Shown piece after piece: positions 1 to 10,171 of a DNA stretch of 64,000 nt; the first letter of the stretch is position 1; each line of letters begins with the position of its first letter. This DNA is from Spirochaetaceae bacterium. Lineage in GTDB: Bacteria > Spirochaetota > Spirochaetia > DSM-2461. The stretch covers positions 2,016,001-2,080,000 of the forward strand of contig OZ245056.1 of NCBI GenBank assembly GCA_965224705.1. The letters run 5' to 3'. The notes under the pieces are model-generated. The model was not told the DNA's origin and made no database searches. It worked only from the letters and a program-made list of their open reading frames with translations. The translations under genes were made by a program, and so were the position numbers.

Positions 1-1
1 G

Positions 2-322
2 AAACGGCACAATCAGATTTCAATACCGATCCCCATCGCTTCCACAGCCCTTATTGCCATTGTTGTCATGCTGATATTGAACCTTCATCCTTTAATAAAA
101 CAGGCTGTATCCCCTGTCGATATTATGGCACAGAATGTCTACTCACCAACTGTTTTGTCACGGGGATATACTCCCGGTGAAGTGGATGCCTTTTTCACCA
201 TCCTTGAAGGACAGCAGGGTTTCACAAAGGAGGCAATTCACACACTGCCAGATGAATTGCAGGTTTTCAAAATGGGAGAACCCTTCATCATTCATCCAGC
301 CAGTATTGAGGGAGAGCCTTGA
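2..322 (+). CDS. 3' part of a membrane-anchored hypothetical protein (runs in from the window edge)
   Basis: Frame is open from base 2 and includes a hydrophobic stretch (IPIPIASTALIAIVVMLIL). Its stop overlaps the next start (TTGA). Confidence 0.5.
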   Translation, partial: KRHNQISIPIPIASTALIAIVVMLILNLHPLIKQAVSPVDIMAQNVYSPTVLSRGYTPGEVDAFFTILEGQQGFTKEAIHTLPDELQVFKMGEPFIIHPASIEGEP

Positions 323-876
323 GAAGGATTTTTACTTCATATCCTGCTCACTGGTTCGTTTGTTTCTTCTTCCTGGTATTATACGGAACTCAGCAGGTTA
401 ATTCTGAAGAGTTTGATTTTGATGTTCACCAACTACTCAATGATGCCCTTCTGATTCATGCAGATATCTCTGTAACAACTCTGGAGTCACATGAAATTCT
501 CTGGAGTACTGAAGTCAATAAAATTACAATACCAGGCCGGGATGTCGATATCAGTCTGGAAGGGAATGATGCCAGACTGGAGATTCAATTCATCGTGTAT
601 CCGGCAGATAGCACTCACACAATTATTGCGGCACAAAGTGAAACCTGGTTCGGCGATCACTACAACAGTGCTTTAACCTCTTTCCCTCTGAAGTATGGTG
701 AAGAAATACACTATTATCCATTGGGTCGATCCGCTGAGGAAATGAAAGATAAACCTGTTGAAATAGTTGTGAAATTCAAAGTCATTCCCTATCTTGAGAC
801 ATTGGATGATGAATCCCGAGCCGAACTGGAAGCATCTCTTGATTCTTCTGCTCAATTCAGATTAACAGGAGACTGA
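319..876 (+). CDS. Exported hypothetical protein
   Basis: 185-aa ORF with an N-terminal hydrophobic segment; translationally coupled to the upstream ORF. Confidence 0.6.
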   Translation: MRRIFTSYPAHWFVCFFFLVLYGTQQVNSEEFDFDVHQLLNDALLIHADISVTTLESHEILWSTEVNKITIPGRDVDISLEGNDARLEIQFIVYPADSTHTIIAAQSETWFGDHYNSALTSFPLKYGEEIHYYPLGRSAEEMKDKPVEIVVKFKVIPYLETLDDESRAELEASLDSSAQFRLTGD

Positions 877-883
877 CAGGTTC

Positions 884-2509
884 GTGGAGCACCATAGTCC
901 TCTTCTCTGGAAGCTGCCATTGATTATATTCGGAATTGCACTGGCCATCTTCCTCTTATTATTCATCCGCTATCAGCGTAAACCTGTTATCCACAGCATT
1001 GACCGGCTGACTGCTGTTTCCAGCGACAGGATTGAGGTGACTGGCCAGTTTTTTGGTAAGGAAACTGAAGGGGCCAAGCTTATCATTGGCGGACAGCCCC
1101 TTACTTCAACCGGTATAATTAACTGGCATGAAGATACAGTGGTTGCCCGAATCCCGAGAATTACAGGAACTGTTTTGGTCAAAGTAAAAAATCGTTCGGG
1201 GATATCCAACGGAGTTATACTCGGCAGTGCACAGCGATTTCCACAGATTGAATACGGTTCATGGCTGCCGGGATATCCATTTATTGAATCCATAGAACCC
1301 GGTTCTGGTGCTCCAGGATCGCTGATTACTCTGAGAGGCAAGGGATTCGGTGCCAGAAAGGGCGTAAGCCGGGTATGGATAAACAGGGACGATACATCCA
1401 ATCCTTTGATCCATGAAAAACCTGATACAGACCTTTACACAGAAATAACTTCTTTTGACCTATGGATGGATTCCACTATCAGTTTCTGGATACCAGCCAG
1501 TGCCGCATCCGGGAGCATCTACATCAACAAAGGTAATCGCTACAGTAATCCTGTTCACATTGAAATTACCCCGGGACCTGGATTCATTGAGTACGGAGAA
1601 AAAATCCGTTGGTCTCTAAGACAGGAAGTGGAAATAACAGGCATTGGCTCCTTTCCTGGAAACATACTCTATCTAAATCTGCCAGGACCTGTTCCATCAG
1701 GTGGCGGAAAAACTGAGACCACTGTCATCGATGCAAACACTCACCCAATGAATGAATGGAGAGGGAGAAATGGGTATCTTGATATTTACCAGCTCAATGA
1801 ATTAGTGAGCGGTGAAACTCGCATGATTTCCCGCCACATCGTTATTGAAACAGCGTCGGTGACAGCCAGTGTAAACAATGCAATTCAACCCTACGATCCA
1901 GATCACCCGGAACTTCTATCCAGTTTGGGGCAGGATGAATGGATACGGCCAGACTTAACAACCCGAATTCTGCCTCGAATTGTAAGAAGTAACCAGAATG
2001 AATGGGAGAAATCCCAATCCATTTATAACTATGTAATCAAACTTCTTGAATGGACCGATCAACCGCAGGGCCACGGTATTGCAGATTACCTGTCCTCAAA
2101 TCTGGCAGACAGCAGAGGCTACAGTATTTTATTCTGTTCTCTATCAAGAGCAGCCGAAATTCCAGCACGGCCAATTGGAGGAATCATTGTTGATGAGGAG
2201 AATAACAGCCGGAAGTGGTGGTGGGCGGAATTCTGGATAGAAGGCCTGGGATGGATTGCCGTTGATCCTGCTTTAGCTGATATTCAAACTGAGAATGATA
2301 CAGAAGATGATACCTTTGGGAAACTTGATGAAAGACACATTGCGTTCTCAAAAGGCAGACTGGAATCAGAACCTCTTCAACCCAATCCCGTCCTTAAAAA
2401 ACCTCAAAATGCTTATTCCTGGCAGAGAATATGGGAAGAAAGCTCGGGAAATCTACACAGCTACACAAGTAAATGGTTTGTTCCGCGAGTTGTGAGGGTT
2501 TACAGGTAA
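884..2509 (+). CDS. Membrane-anchored IPT/TIG-domain plus transglutaminase-like protein (catalytic residues substituted)
   Basis: N-terminal TM; two IPT-like repeats (PVIHSID..IEVTGQFFG; PFIESIEP..ITLRGKGFG); TGase-like motif LFCSLSRAAEIPARPIGG...W.EFWIEGLGWIAVDP. Confidence 0.8.
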   Translation: MEHHSPLLWKLPLIIFGIALAIFLLLFIRYQRKPVIHSIDRLTAVSSDRIEVTGQFFGKETEGAKLIIGGQPLTSTGIINWHEDTVVARIPRITGTVLVKVKNRSGISNGVILGSAQRFPQIEYGSWLPGYPFIESIEPGSGAPGSLITLRGKGFGARKGVSRVWINRDDTSNPLIHEKPDTDLYTEITSFDLWMDSTISFWIPASAASGSIYINKGNRYSNPVHIEITPGPGFIEYGEKIRWSLRQEVEITGIGSFPGNILYLNLPGPVPSGGGKTETTVIDANTHPMNEWRGRNGYLDIYQLNELVSGETRMISRHIVIETASVTASVNNAIQPYDPDHPELLSSLGQDEWIRPDLTTRILPRIVRSNQNEWEKSQSIYNYVIKLLEWTDQPQGHGIADYLSSNLADSRGYSILFCSLSRAAEIPARPIGGIIVDEENNSRKWWWAEFWIEGLGWIAVDPALADIQTENDTEDDTFGKLDERHIAFSKGRLESEPLQPNPVLKKPQNAYSWQRIWEESSGNLHSYTSKWFVPRVVRVYR

Positions 2510-2524
2510 GTACAATTGGCAATC

Positions 2525-2553
2525 TTGCCATTCCAGGCCAACTTCTATAGGAT
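2525..2553 (+). promoter_or_regulatory. Putative sigma70 promoter of glyA
   Basis: TTGCCA-N17-TAGGAT, ending 10 nt before the ATG. Confidence 0.5.
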
Positions 2554-2563
2554 GTAAAACAAG

Positions 2564-3862
2564 ATGAGCGGACGTTTAGAGAATGTAGATCCGGAAATCC
2601 AGCGTGTTATTCAGAATGAACTTGCAAGGCAGCAATCCGGGCTGGAACTGATAGCCTCAGAAAACATTGTTTCTACTGCTGTACTGACGGCCGCTGGTTC
2701 AGTACTTACCAATAAATATGCTGAAGGATACCCTTCAAAGCGTTACTACGGTGGATGTGAATATGTCGATACCGCGGAAGAACTGGCGCGGGAAAGGGCC
2801 AGAAAGCTTTTCGGAGCCGAATATGTCAATGTTCAGCCTCATGCAGGGAGTCAGGCCAATATGGGAGCATATCGTGCGGTATTAAAGCATGGTGATACTA
2901 TCCTTGGGATGAATCTTGCACACGGCGGTCATCTTACTCATGGATCCCCTGTCAATTTTTCCGGAAAAGATTATACAATTGTAAACTATGGTGTCGATAA
3001 AAAAAGTGAAACAATAGATTATGATGAACTTTCAAAAATTGCCCGTGAATGCAAACCCCGAGTCATTCTGGCCGGTGCCTCTGCCTATCCCAGAACTCTG
3101 AATTTCAGACGTTTTCGTGAAATTGCCGATGAAGTGGGAGCGTTGCTGATTACAGATATGGCTCATATCGCCGGATTAGTTGCTGCCGGAGAACATCCAT
3201 CACCAGTACCCCATTCTCATATAACAACGACAACCACCCATAAAACTCTTCGGGGTCCGCGCGGCGGGATGATTCTTGTTGGCAGGGATGTTGAGAATGA
3301 CATGGGAATTGCTGCTCCCGGATCTGGAAGAACAAAACGCCTGGGAGAGATAATTGACAGTGTTGTATTTCCTGGAATCCAGGGAGGGCCGTTCATGCAC
3401 ATCATTGCAGCAAAAGCTGTTGCACTCAGGGAAGCTCTGCATCCTGATTTCAAGCTCTACCAGGCTCAAGTAGTAAAAAATGCACAGGTTCTGGCGAGAG
3501 CTCTTCAAGACAATGGCGCAAAACTTGTTTCTGATGGAACAGACAATCACCTCATGCTGGTTAATCTTTCTCCTCTCAAAATAACAGGAAATGATGCTGA
3601 ATCCTGGCTGGGGCTGGCTGGTATAACAGTCAATAAAAATGCCATCCCATACGATCCACATCCACCACGAACAGCCTCAGGGATCAGAGTGGGAACCCCG
3701 GCAATCACTTCTCGAGGTATGGGTGAGAAAGAGATGTTCAAAATAGCTGATTACATGATGGAATCTCTTAAATCAAATGGAAATGAATTAAGGCTTTCGC
3801 AGGTGGCTTTCAAGGTAAGAAAGCTCTGTGACGAATTTCCATTGTATCAGGAATCACAATAG
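2564..3862 (+). CDS. glyA: Serine hydroxymethyltransferase
   Basis: [38 protein letters not shown] (PLP lysine). Confidence 0.98.
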   Translation: MSGRLENVDPEIQRVIQNELARQQSGLELIASENIVSTAVLTAAGSVLTNKYAEGYPSKRYYGGCEYVDTAEELARERARKLFGAEYVNVQPHAGSQANMGAYRAVLKHGDTILGMNLAHGGHLTHGSPVNFSGKDYTIVNYGVDKKSETIDYDELSKIARECKPRVILAGASAYPRTLNFRRFREIADEVGALLITDMAHIAGLVAAGEHPSPVPHSHITTTTTHKTLRGPRGGMILVGRDVENDMGIAAPGSGRTKRLGEIIDSVVFPGIQGGPFMHIIAAKAVALREALHPDFKLYQAQVVKNAQVLARALQDNGAKLVSDGTDNHLMLVNLSPLKITGNDAESWLGLAGITVNKNAIPYDPHPPRTASGIRVGTPAITSRGMGEKEMFKIADYMMESLKSNGNELRLSQVAFKVRKLCDEFPLYQESQ

Positions 3863-3875
3863 TATGATGATCTGC

Positions 3876-3905
3876 TTGACCAGATTTAATTACAATTCAT
3901 ACAAT
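3876..3905 (+). promoter_or_regulatory. Putative sigma70 promoter
   Basis: TTGACC-N18-TACAAT upstream of GGAG RBS and ATG 3941. Confidence 0.45.
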
Positions 3906-3940
3906 ATGATAATTCATAACTGGTAATTTGTGGAGATTTT

Positions 3941-5158
3941 ATGGGAAACCCCCTTCAATTAGGACTGATCAGTTACAATAAAGGTGCATATATAACTATT
4001 GACGGGGATGATGCGGAGTTATTCTATATTATCCGCACGGGTAGAGTGCGCGTACAGAAAGAGTTGGAAATCTTTGAAGAGGAAGCAAAGGATATACTGA
4101 AACCCGGTGATTTCTTTGGCGTCGTGTCAACAATGTCCAAACATGCCTACATTGAAAATGTTATAGCACTGGAAGATTGCACACTGATTACGGTACGCCC
4201 CGATCAATACTCCATGCTTATCGAACGGAATACACCCATTGCAATGAAGATTATCAACAGTTTTTCCAAGCAGGTGCGGATGCTTGATCAGGCACTGACA
4301 CGTCTATCCTTTAAGAGCTCGGCTGAGGTGGATGCATTCCACCTTCATCAGGTTGGAGAACACTACGCTAAACAGAACCAGTTCAACCTGGCATACTATG
4401 CGTACAGCAAATTCTGCCTGGAAAATCCCAATGCTCCCAATGTTAATGAAGTTAAGCAGAAAATGGAGAAAATCAAATCCTATGTTGATCCTGCATCTCT
4501 CAACGTGGATACAAGTAAATTTATTCGCCAATACCCAAAAGACTCAATGCTGTTTGCTGAAGGAGAAAGCGGCCCGGAACTGTATATAATTCAGAAGGGG
4601 AGTATTCGCATCACCAAAATTGTAAACGATAACGAAGTCTTACTTGCCATGCTTAAAACAGGAGATATCTTTGGTGAAATGGCTTTGCTGGAAAACAAAC
4701 CTCGAAGTGCATCAGCCATTATTCATGAAGATGCTGTTCTCATGGCTGTTAATCGTGCAAATTTCAAGGGAATGGTTATTGAACAACCCAGAGTAATATC
4801 CCGGCTCACATCGACATTGGCTGAGCGTATCTGGAATCTTTACCGTCAGCTTGAAAATACACTTATACAAAATCCTGTTGGCCGTATTTACGATTGTCTG
4901 GAACTGGAGCTGGAGAAATCACGGATTGACCTTGCCACACGACAACCCTATGACTTTGAATTCGGCATTAACAACCTGATCAGCATGGTGGGCCTACCTG
5001 TGGCAGAGGGAAAAATGGCCATAAGTAAACTCCTGGAAAGCAAAGAACTCATTCTGAATGGCAAGAATCTCTATGCCCCCGATATAACCAGGATTGTAAA
5101 GTCAAATGAATACCACAAAAAAATGGAAATTCGACATCAATCCATGAAGAGAAAATAA
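3941..5158 (+). CDS. Crp/Fnr-like protein with two cyclic-nucleotide-binding domains and a central TPR-like segment
   Basis: cNMP motifs FYIIRTGRV..LKPGDFFG and LYIIQKGSI..GDIFGEMALLENKPRSASA; central helical repeat (LHQVGEHY..LAYYAYSKF). Confidence 0.85.
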   Translation: MGNPLQLGLISYNKGAYITIDGDDAELFYIIRTGRVRVQKELEIFEEEAKDILKPGDFFGVVSTMSKHAYIENVIALEDCTLITVRPDQYSMLIERNTPIAMKIINSFSKQVRMLDQALTRLSFKSSAEVDAFHLHQVGEHYAKQNQFNLAYYAYSKFCLENPNAPNVNEVKQKMEKIKSYVDPASLNVDTSKFIRQYPKDSMLFAEGESGPELYIIQKGSIRITKIVNDNEVLLAMLKTGDIFGEMALLENKPRSASAIIHEDAVLMAVNRANFKGMVIEQPRVISRLTSTLAERIWNLYRQLENTLIQNPVGRIYDCLELELEKSRIDLATRQPYDFEFGINNLISMVGLPVAEGKMAISKLLESKELILNGKNLYAPDITRIVKSNEYHKKMEIRHQSMKRK

Positions 5159-5228
5159 CATTGTTTTCTATACATAATCTCTAATTATCCTTAACAAAAA
5201 AAACATATCAGCGTATTATTCTTATGCA

Positions 5229-8200
5229 ATGAAGTGCTGGAAAATATCAGCGGTTTTCATACTCATGCTGTTATGTGGGTGTAAAATCCATATCCGGGGC
5301 AGTTACCTAAATCTCAGGGATGATACTCTTGCCCTTAAAACCGTGGGATTCCTTCAAAGCAGGAACGTGCATCTCTCGCGTGACTGTATAACTGAAATTG
5401 ATTCTTCCGAGAACAGCATTGACGTCATAGTTCCATTTGATACCGATCTCAGCCAGGAATTTGTTGTGTATTTTACCACGACGGCGGATCCTAATATCAG
5501 CGTGTTGAATTCTGAAACCAATGAAGAATGGGTATCGAATGAAACAACGCTTTCATTTGCTTCTAACACAACCTCTTACCTTGTAAAACTTACCTCGCAA
5601 TATGCGTCCACTGGTTCTCCGGCAACCAGAGAATACACTCTATACATCAAAAAGTTTTTCGTACCGGAACTGACGCAGAAAACCTGGGCGGCTGCGAATG
5701 CCAGTGGAAACATTGATTTAGTCTTTGAGTTTCGTGATGAAAACAACAGCCCGATAGCATCAGGGATTGACTGGACTGGAGGTTCCGCGAGTTCACTCAG
5801 CTATGATAACAAAGTCACAATAGAGAGTTATTCTCCAGGCAATTCATCAGGAAAGTTTCAGGGGCTGTTAGTGAAACAGGAAATTCCTGGGGTCAGCACA
5901 GTCTTTATCCCCAACAGTCATTTTGAAACAACCGATGGCCGGTTCCAGGCGACCGGTGACGACACGCATCCTGAATACCCAGGTATTACGGGTACGTTTC
6001 TAACATTCACCTTTGCGCCGTCATCAGCCGTATACCTTTCGTCAACATCCGGGGATGACAATGCTCAGAATGCTGGATTGTCGGCCTCTACTCCGGCCGG
6101 AACATTGGGTAAGATTATCGAAATCCTGAAGAATCCGCCATCGTCACAGCAATTCCAGTATATCTATGCTGCTGCAGGTGATTATGATACGGACGGAGAG
6201 GGATTATTTACAGACACAGGACCCTGGATCAGTATAATTGGAGGATGGAACAGCGACTTTACAACTCAAGATACCAGCCCCGGTGTATCAACCTTCCGCA
6301 ACAGTCAACAACCATCTTCGTCTGGTCAACCATCGGCTGTTTTCGAATACAATGCATCAAACCAGCCCCCGTATAATATCGCACTCGCGGATATCACTAT
6401 TGAAGTCAATCCAGACAGCGGCAATGTCCTCGCAAATTCGACAGCCCTACTTGTTTCCAGTTCAGCAGGCAGTACTCATAGAGTGACATTGAACAATGTC
6501 CATTGTGCAGCAAACCAGGGAAGCGGTGATGACACATATGGAGTGTTCATCACGGATACCAATGTAGAAGTCGATAACAGCCGTATAACAGGTGGAACAG
6601 GTAGTAACATAAGTTGTGCGTTATATTTTGAGGGAGAAACAGATCTGACCATTGACAATTCTGTTATTTCGGGCGGTACTTCAGCGACAGGTGATTCAAT
6701 GGGCATAAGAATCGCTCAGGGGCCTGTAAGTGGAACCGGGAAAGTTATAATCAACGACTCAAAAATAACCAGCGGTCAATCAGCCAGTACCAGAACAGCC
6801 TATGGCATCCACTCTCTTGCTGTAACCGAATTGGAGATTAGCAACAGCAGTATACTGGCAGGATTCAAATCCTGGGGATCAAAAGGACTGAATATAACAA
6901 ATTCATATGGGTTGAAATTCGAAGACGCTATAGTTTCACTTGACAATGTATGGATACACAGTTTTGCGGACGGAGATCAGGCCGTGTCAATACTGAGTGA
7001 GTCAGTCGTTGATTCTGTAGTATTAACAGTCGATAGAAGCACATTCATCTCGGAAAATGCACAGAACACGAATGGCATGGTATTCCAGTCAAATTCCACG
7101 AATTCCGCTGCCATTCTAGTTCAGAACTCCGTTATTTATGCCGCTGGAGGAGAAAATGGAAATGGTTTCAGCATAGACACCGATGAAGAACTTGATGCCA
7201 TCATTTTGAACAATACAATCCATATCGATGGAAATACGGAGTTATCGGGTATCGATATACAATCGGAATTGGGTGCTGCAAGTAGTAATTTGAGCATTCT
7301 CAACAACATCTTTTATTCATCGGGGACGTCAATACCGCTCAAGGGCATAAAGGCCGTATCAGATTTATCCAGTTCAAATACTTCAGGGATTCCAGGAGTT
7401 TATAAAATCCACCACAATAATTTCTGGGCATCGGCAGGCGTAGAATTTGATTTTTCGGCCGCAGTTCCGAACCAATACACACTTAAAGAGATGCAGGAAA
7501 ATGGAAATAATATCTTTCATGGAAATGTTTCACGCCAGGTCGATGCAGACATGAGCTATGATTACAGCACCTCCGATTTTGACATGGGCAGAATTACCTC
7601 TCCGGCAATTGATGTGCAGCTTGGGGGAATTGACATCCAGTACCATGTATTAAGTCAGCAGGTGAGTTATGCAGACAAGGATGGCAGCAATAGATCCGGT
7701 GCATACAGACTCGGATGGTCTATGGGTGCTATAGAATATGATAATTCCAGTATTCCAACAGAAATCCATGTCGATGTTGACGGGAGTGATTATCACCCTC
7801 TGGGCACGGAAGATGCACCATTTGCCTCCATCTCCCGAGCTGTACAGGTTGCCCGAAACCAGGGAAGTGTGAGCGGGACTGATTATCACCGCATAAGAGA
7901 CAATATCACAAAAATCATGGTGAACCCTGGAGAATACGAAACAACAGAAACGATCACTATAGAGAATTCAAGTTCTCGAAGTCTTACACTTGAAGGTATC
8001 AGTGATGCGGCATCATCCCCCCCCAGACCCAAAATATCCAGGGAAATCAATTCTGCACCCATCAAGAATCTCATTCTTGAATTGAAAAGCACATCCGGAG
8101 ACATTGAATTCAATAATTTCGATATAGAATTCAGTTCGACAATGGCGATCAGTGATACCGACAACACGGTTCGTGGTGTTCTGATAACCGGTACTTCCAA

Positions 8201-8510
8201 TACTGAAATCTATAATACGGCTATCCAGTTTGTCTCCGAGTTTTACGGAATCACCGGCATTGAACTGGATAACTCAGCGAAAACAACTATTGGAGAATCA
8301 AGTATTGCAAGTCTTTCCAATACAGGGACAGGCGGCTTCATGGGTCTCAACATAGTGAATTCACAGGCAGAAATCAGCAGCACCACAATTTCTTCTTTCA
8401 ATACACCAGGGAGTACCAATGCGTGGTGGCTAACAATAGACCAGCAATCAAGTATCAGTTATCCAAACGGATCTCCACCCCTGACAGGAAACCCAATGAT
8501 CATTCCGTAG
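5229..8510 (+). CDS. Large surface lipoprotein with right-handed parallel beta-helix regions
   Basis: Lipobox-like LLCGC; two beta-helix cap motifs (VYLSSTSGDD..TPAGTL; IHVDVDGSD..GTEDAPFASISRAV); S/T/G/N-rich repeats. Confidence 0.7.
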   Translation: MKCWKISAVFILMLLCGCKIHIRGSYLNLRDDTLALKTVGFLQSRNVHLSRDCITEIDSSENSIDVIVPFDTDLSQEFVVYFTTTADPNISVLNSETNEEWVSNETTLSFASNTTSYLVKLTSQYASTGSPATREYTLYIKKFFVPELTQKTWAAANASGNIDLVFEFRDENNSPIASGIDWTGGSASSLSYDNKVTIESYSPGNSSGKFQGLLVKQEIPGVSTVFIPNSHFETTDGRFQATGDDTHPEYPGITGTFLTFTFAPSSAVYLSSTSGDDNAQNAGLSASTPAGTLGKIIEILKNPPSSQQFQYIYAAAGDYDTDGEGLFTDTGPWISIIGGWNSDFTTQDTSPGVSTFRNSQQPSSSGQPSAVFEYNASNQPPYNIALADITIEVNPDSGNVLANSTALLVSSSAGSTHRVTLNNVHCAANQGSGDDTYGVFITDTNVEVDNSRITGGTGSNISCALYFEGETDLTIDNSVISGGTSATGDSMGIRIAQGPVSGTGKVIINDSKITSGQSASTRTAYGIHSLAVTELEISNSSILAGFKSWGSKGLNITNSYGLKFEDAIVSLDNVWIHSFADGDQAVSILSESVVDSVVLTVDRSTFISENAQNTNGMVFQSNSTNSAAILVQNSVIYAAGGENGNGFSIDTDEELDAIILNNTIHIDGNTELSGIDIQSELGAASSNLSILNNIFYSSGTSIPLKGIKAVSDLSSSNTSGIPGVYKIHHNNFWASAGVEFDFSAAVPNQYTLKEMQENGNNIFHGNVSRQVDADMSYDYSTSDFDMGRITSPAIDVQLGGIDIQYHVLSQQVSYADKDGSNRSGAYRLGWSMGAIEYDNSSIPTEIHVDVDGSDYHPLGTEDAPFASISRAVQVARNQGSVSGTDYHRIRDNITKIMVNPGEYETTETITIENSSSRSLTLEGISDAASSPPRPKISREINSAPIKNLILELKSTSGDIEFNNFDIEFSSTMAISDTDNTVRGVLITGTSNTEIYNTAIQFVSEFYGITGIELDNSAKTTIGESSIASLSNTGTGGFMGLNIVNSQAEISSTTISSFNTPGSTNAWWLTIDQQSSISYPNGSPPLTGNPMIIP

Positions 8511-8773
8511 AGCGGAAACAGCAATACCAGATTAACATTCCGGGGAAATTGCCCCTCCATGCAAACGCTGGCTGATACGCAATCCATTCTCCTGCACAGC
8601 TTTGAAGTCTGCCAGGAGCCTGATGGAATCCAGATGTGAATAGTATTCAATGTCAATACCGGAGAATGTATGTGGAATTTACATGTTTTTCTCATTCTTA
8701 CTATACAGCATTTATATCTGGTTCATATTTCAGGGATAAATTATGATCAGTTATTAAAACTTGGAGGTTATAA

Positions 8774-9298
8774 ATGACTATTAAAAGATTGATCATCAGC
8801 ATGATCCTGATCGGTTTAGCGGCAGGATTTGTCTCTGCCAACGGTGTGGAAGATAATGACTTGTATGATGATGGAGACGACTGGATATCCGGCCATCGTT
8901 ACAGAATGGAAAGAAATTACCGGGGAGATGGAAAATTTTCAAACCTGGAAACGGAAACTTATTCCGGTATCTTTGATTTTGAAGATGAGACATATCCGGT
9001 TTTGGAAACAGAAGACGGATCCCGATATTACCTTGCGGTTGAATTCCCCGTTGATATGGATGACATGCCTGCCAACGGCGATGAACTGGAAGTTGAAGCA
9101 TTTCCATCCTGGGAATCGCCTGTTACATTGATCGTAATGGATGCGACGGTAAACGGTGAACCAGTAAGAGCGAATTGGCGGGGAAGCTATGAAAGATTCG
9201 GTGACAGAAATGGTTTCAGAGGCCGTACTGGTTTTAGAGACCGTGACCGCAATTGGAGACAGGGCGGTTATGGAGGATGTGGTGGCGACTGCTACTAG
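8774..9298 (+). CDS. Secreted hypothetical protein, probable periplasmic partner of the downstream two-component system
   Basis: GGAGG RBS, signal peptide (..GFVSA), R/G-rich tail ending GGYGGCGGDCY. Confidence 0.7.
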   Translation: MTIKRLIISMILIGLAAGFVSANGVEDNDLYDDGDDWISGHRYRMERNYRGDGKFSNLETETYSGIFDFEDETYPVLETEDGSRYYLAVEFPVDMDDMPANGDELEVEAFPSWESPVTLIVMDATVNGEPVRANWRGSYERFGDRNGFRGRTGFRDRDRNWRQGGYGGCGGDCY

Positions 9299-9460
9299 GA
9301 GCCTGTCGGACTTACGCCTCACGGCTCAATTTTTGCCCTTTTTCCCTGCTGCGGCGTTGCCAAAATACTCACGTAGCCCAGCTACGCTCCGTTTTTGTCG
9401 CCTTGCATCAGGAAAAAATCATCAGAAATCGCCTCGAAGTCTCAAAGTCCGACAGACTCC
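9298..9460 (+). mobile_element. MITE family B, copy 1 (163 bp)
   Basis: TIRs GGAGCCTGTCGGACTT / AAGTCCGACAGACTCC; near-identical copies at 25275-25437 and 48259-48422. Confidence 0.9.
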
Positions 9461-9472
9461 TGGGAGCCTGTT

Positions 9473-10171
9473 GTGACGGCCCTGGTCGTTGAAGATGAAA
9501 AACAGCTCAATACAATGATTCGGGATTATCTTGAGTCATTGGGCTGGACAACCCTTGGTGCTGAAAACGGCACCAGGGCACTTCAAATCTTCCAGGAAAA
9601 TAAAGTGGATTTCGTGCTGCTGGATATTATGATACCGGGGCTGGATGGTCTGGATGTGATAAGAAAAATCAGAGAGCACAGTGATGTTCCGGTCATTTTC
9701 ATCACAGCCCTGACCGAAGAGTCTGATAAACTCATCGGCCTGGAGCTTGGTGCCGATGATTACATCTCTAAACCTTTCAGTCTCAAGGAAATGGCAGCAC
9801 GTATCCGCAGCGTCATGAGACGTGTCAGCCCCCCTGAAAAAAACCAGTTACAGGAAGAAACAATACTGACTATTGGAGACCTTGAACTGAACCCCGTAAA
9901 ACGAACCATTCATCAGACAGGCATTTTACTGGATTTTACGGCGGTTCAATTCGATATCATCCATGGTTTCATGAGAAATCCGGGCCGGGTGTTCCGACGT
10001 ACCGAGATACTTGAGTTCTTCCAGGAACATGCCTGGGAGGGCTATGAACGAACCATTGATGTGCATATAAAGAACATTCGGAAAATTCTTGAACCTGACC
10101 GGGACAATCCTCAATACATACAAACTGTTCGGAGTGTGGGATACCGTTTCAATGATGGGAATTCAACATGA
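9473..10171 (+). CDS. OmpR-family response regulator
   Basis: LVVEDE, LLDIMIPGLDG, GADDYISKPF, winged helix RTIDVHIKNIRK..IQTVRSVGY. Start reassigned to GTG 9473 because the upstream extension lies inside the MITE. Confidence 0.93.
   Translation: MTALVVEDEKQLNTMIRDYLESLGWTTLGAENGTRALQIFQENKVDFVLLDIMIPGLDGLDVIRKIREHSDVPVIFITALTEESDKLIGLELGADDYISKPFSLKEMAARIRSVMRRVSPPEKNQLQEETILTIGDLELNPVKRTIHQTGILLDFTAVQFDIIHGFMRNPGRVFRRTEILEFFQEHAWEGYERTIDVHIKNIRKILEPDRDNPQYIQTVRSVGYRFNDGNST

Noticed and set aside
9395..9472. N-terminal extension of the response regulator in the ORF track
   Set aside because: Translated MITE sequence; the receiver domain begins at GTG 9473.
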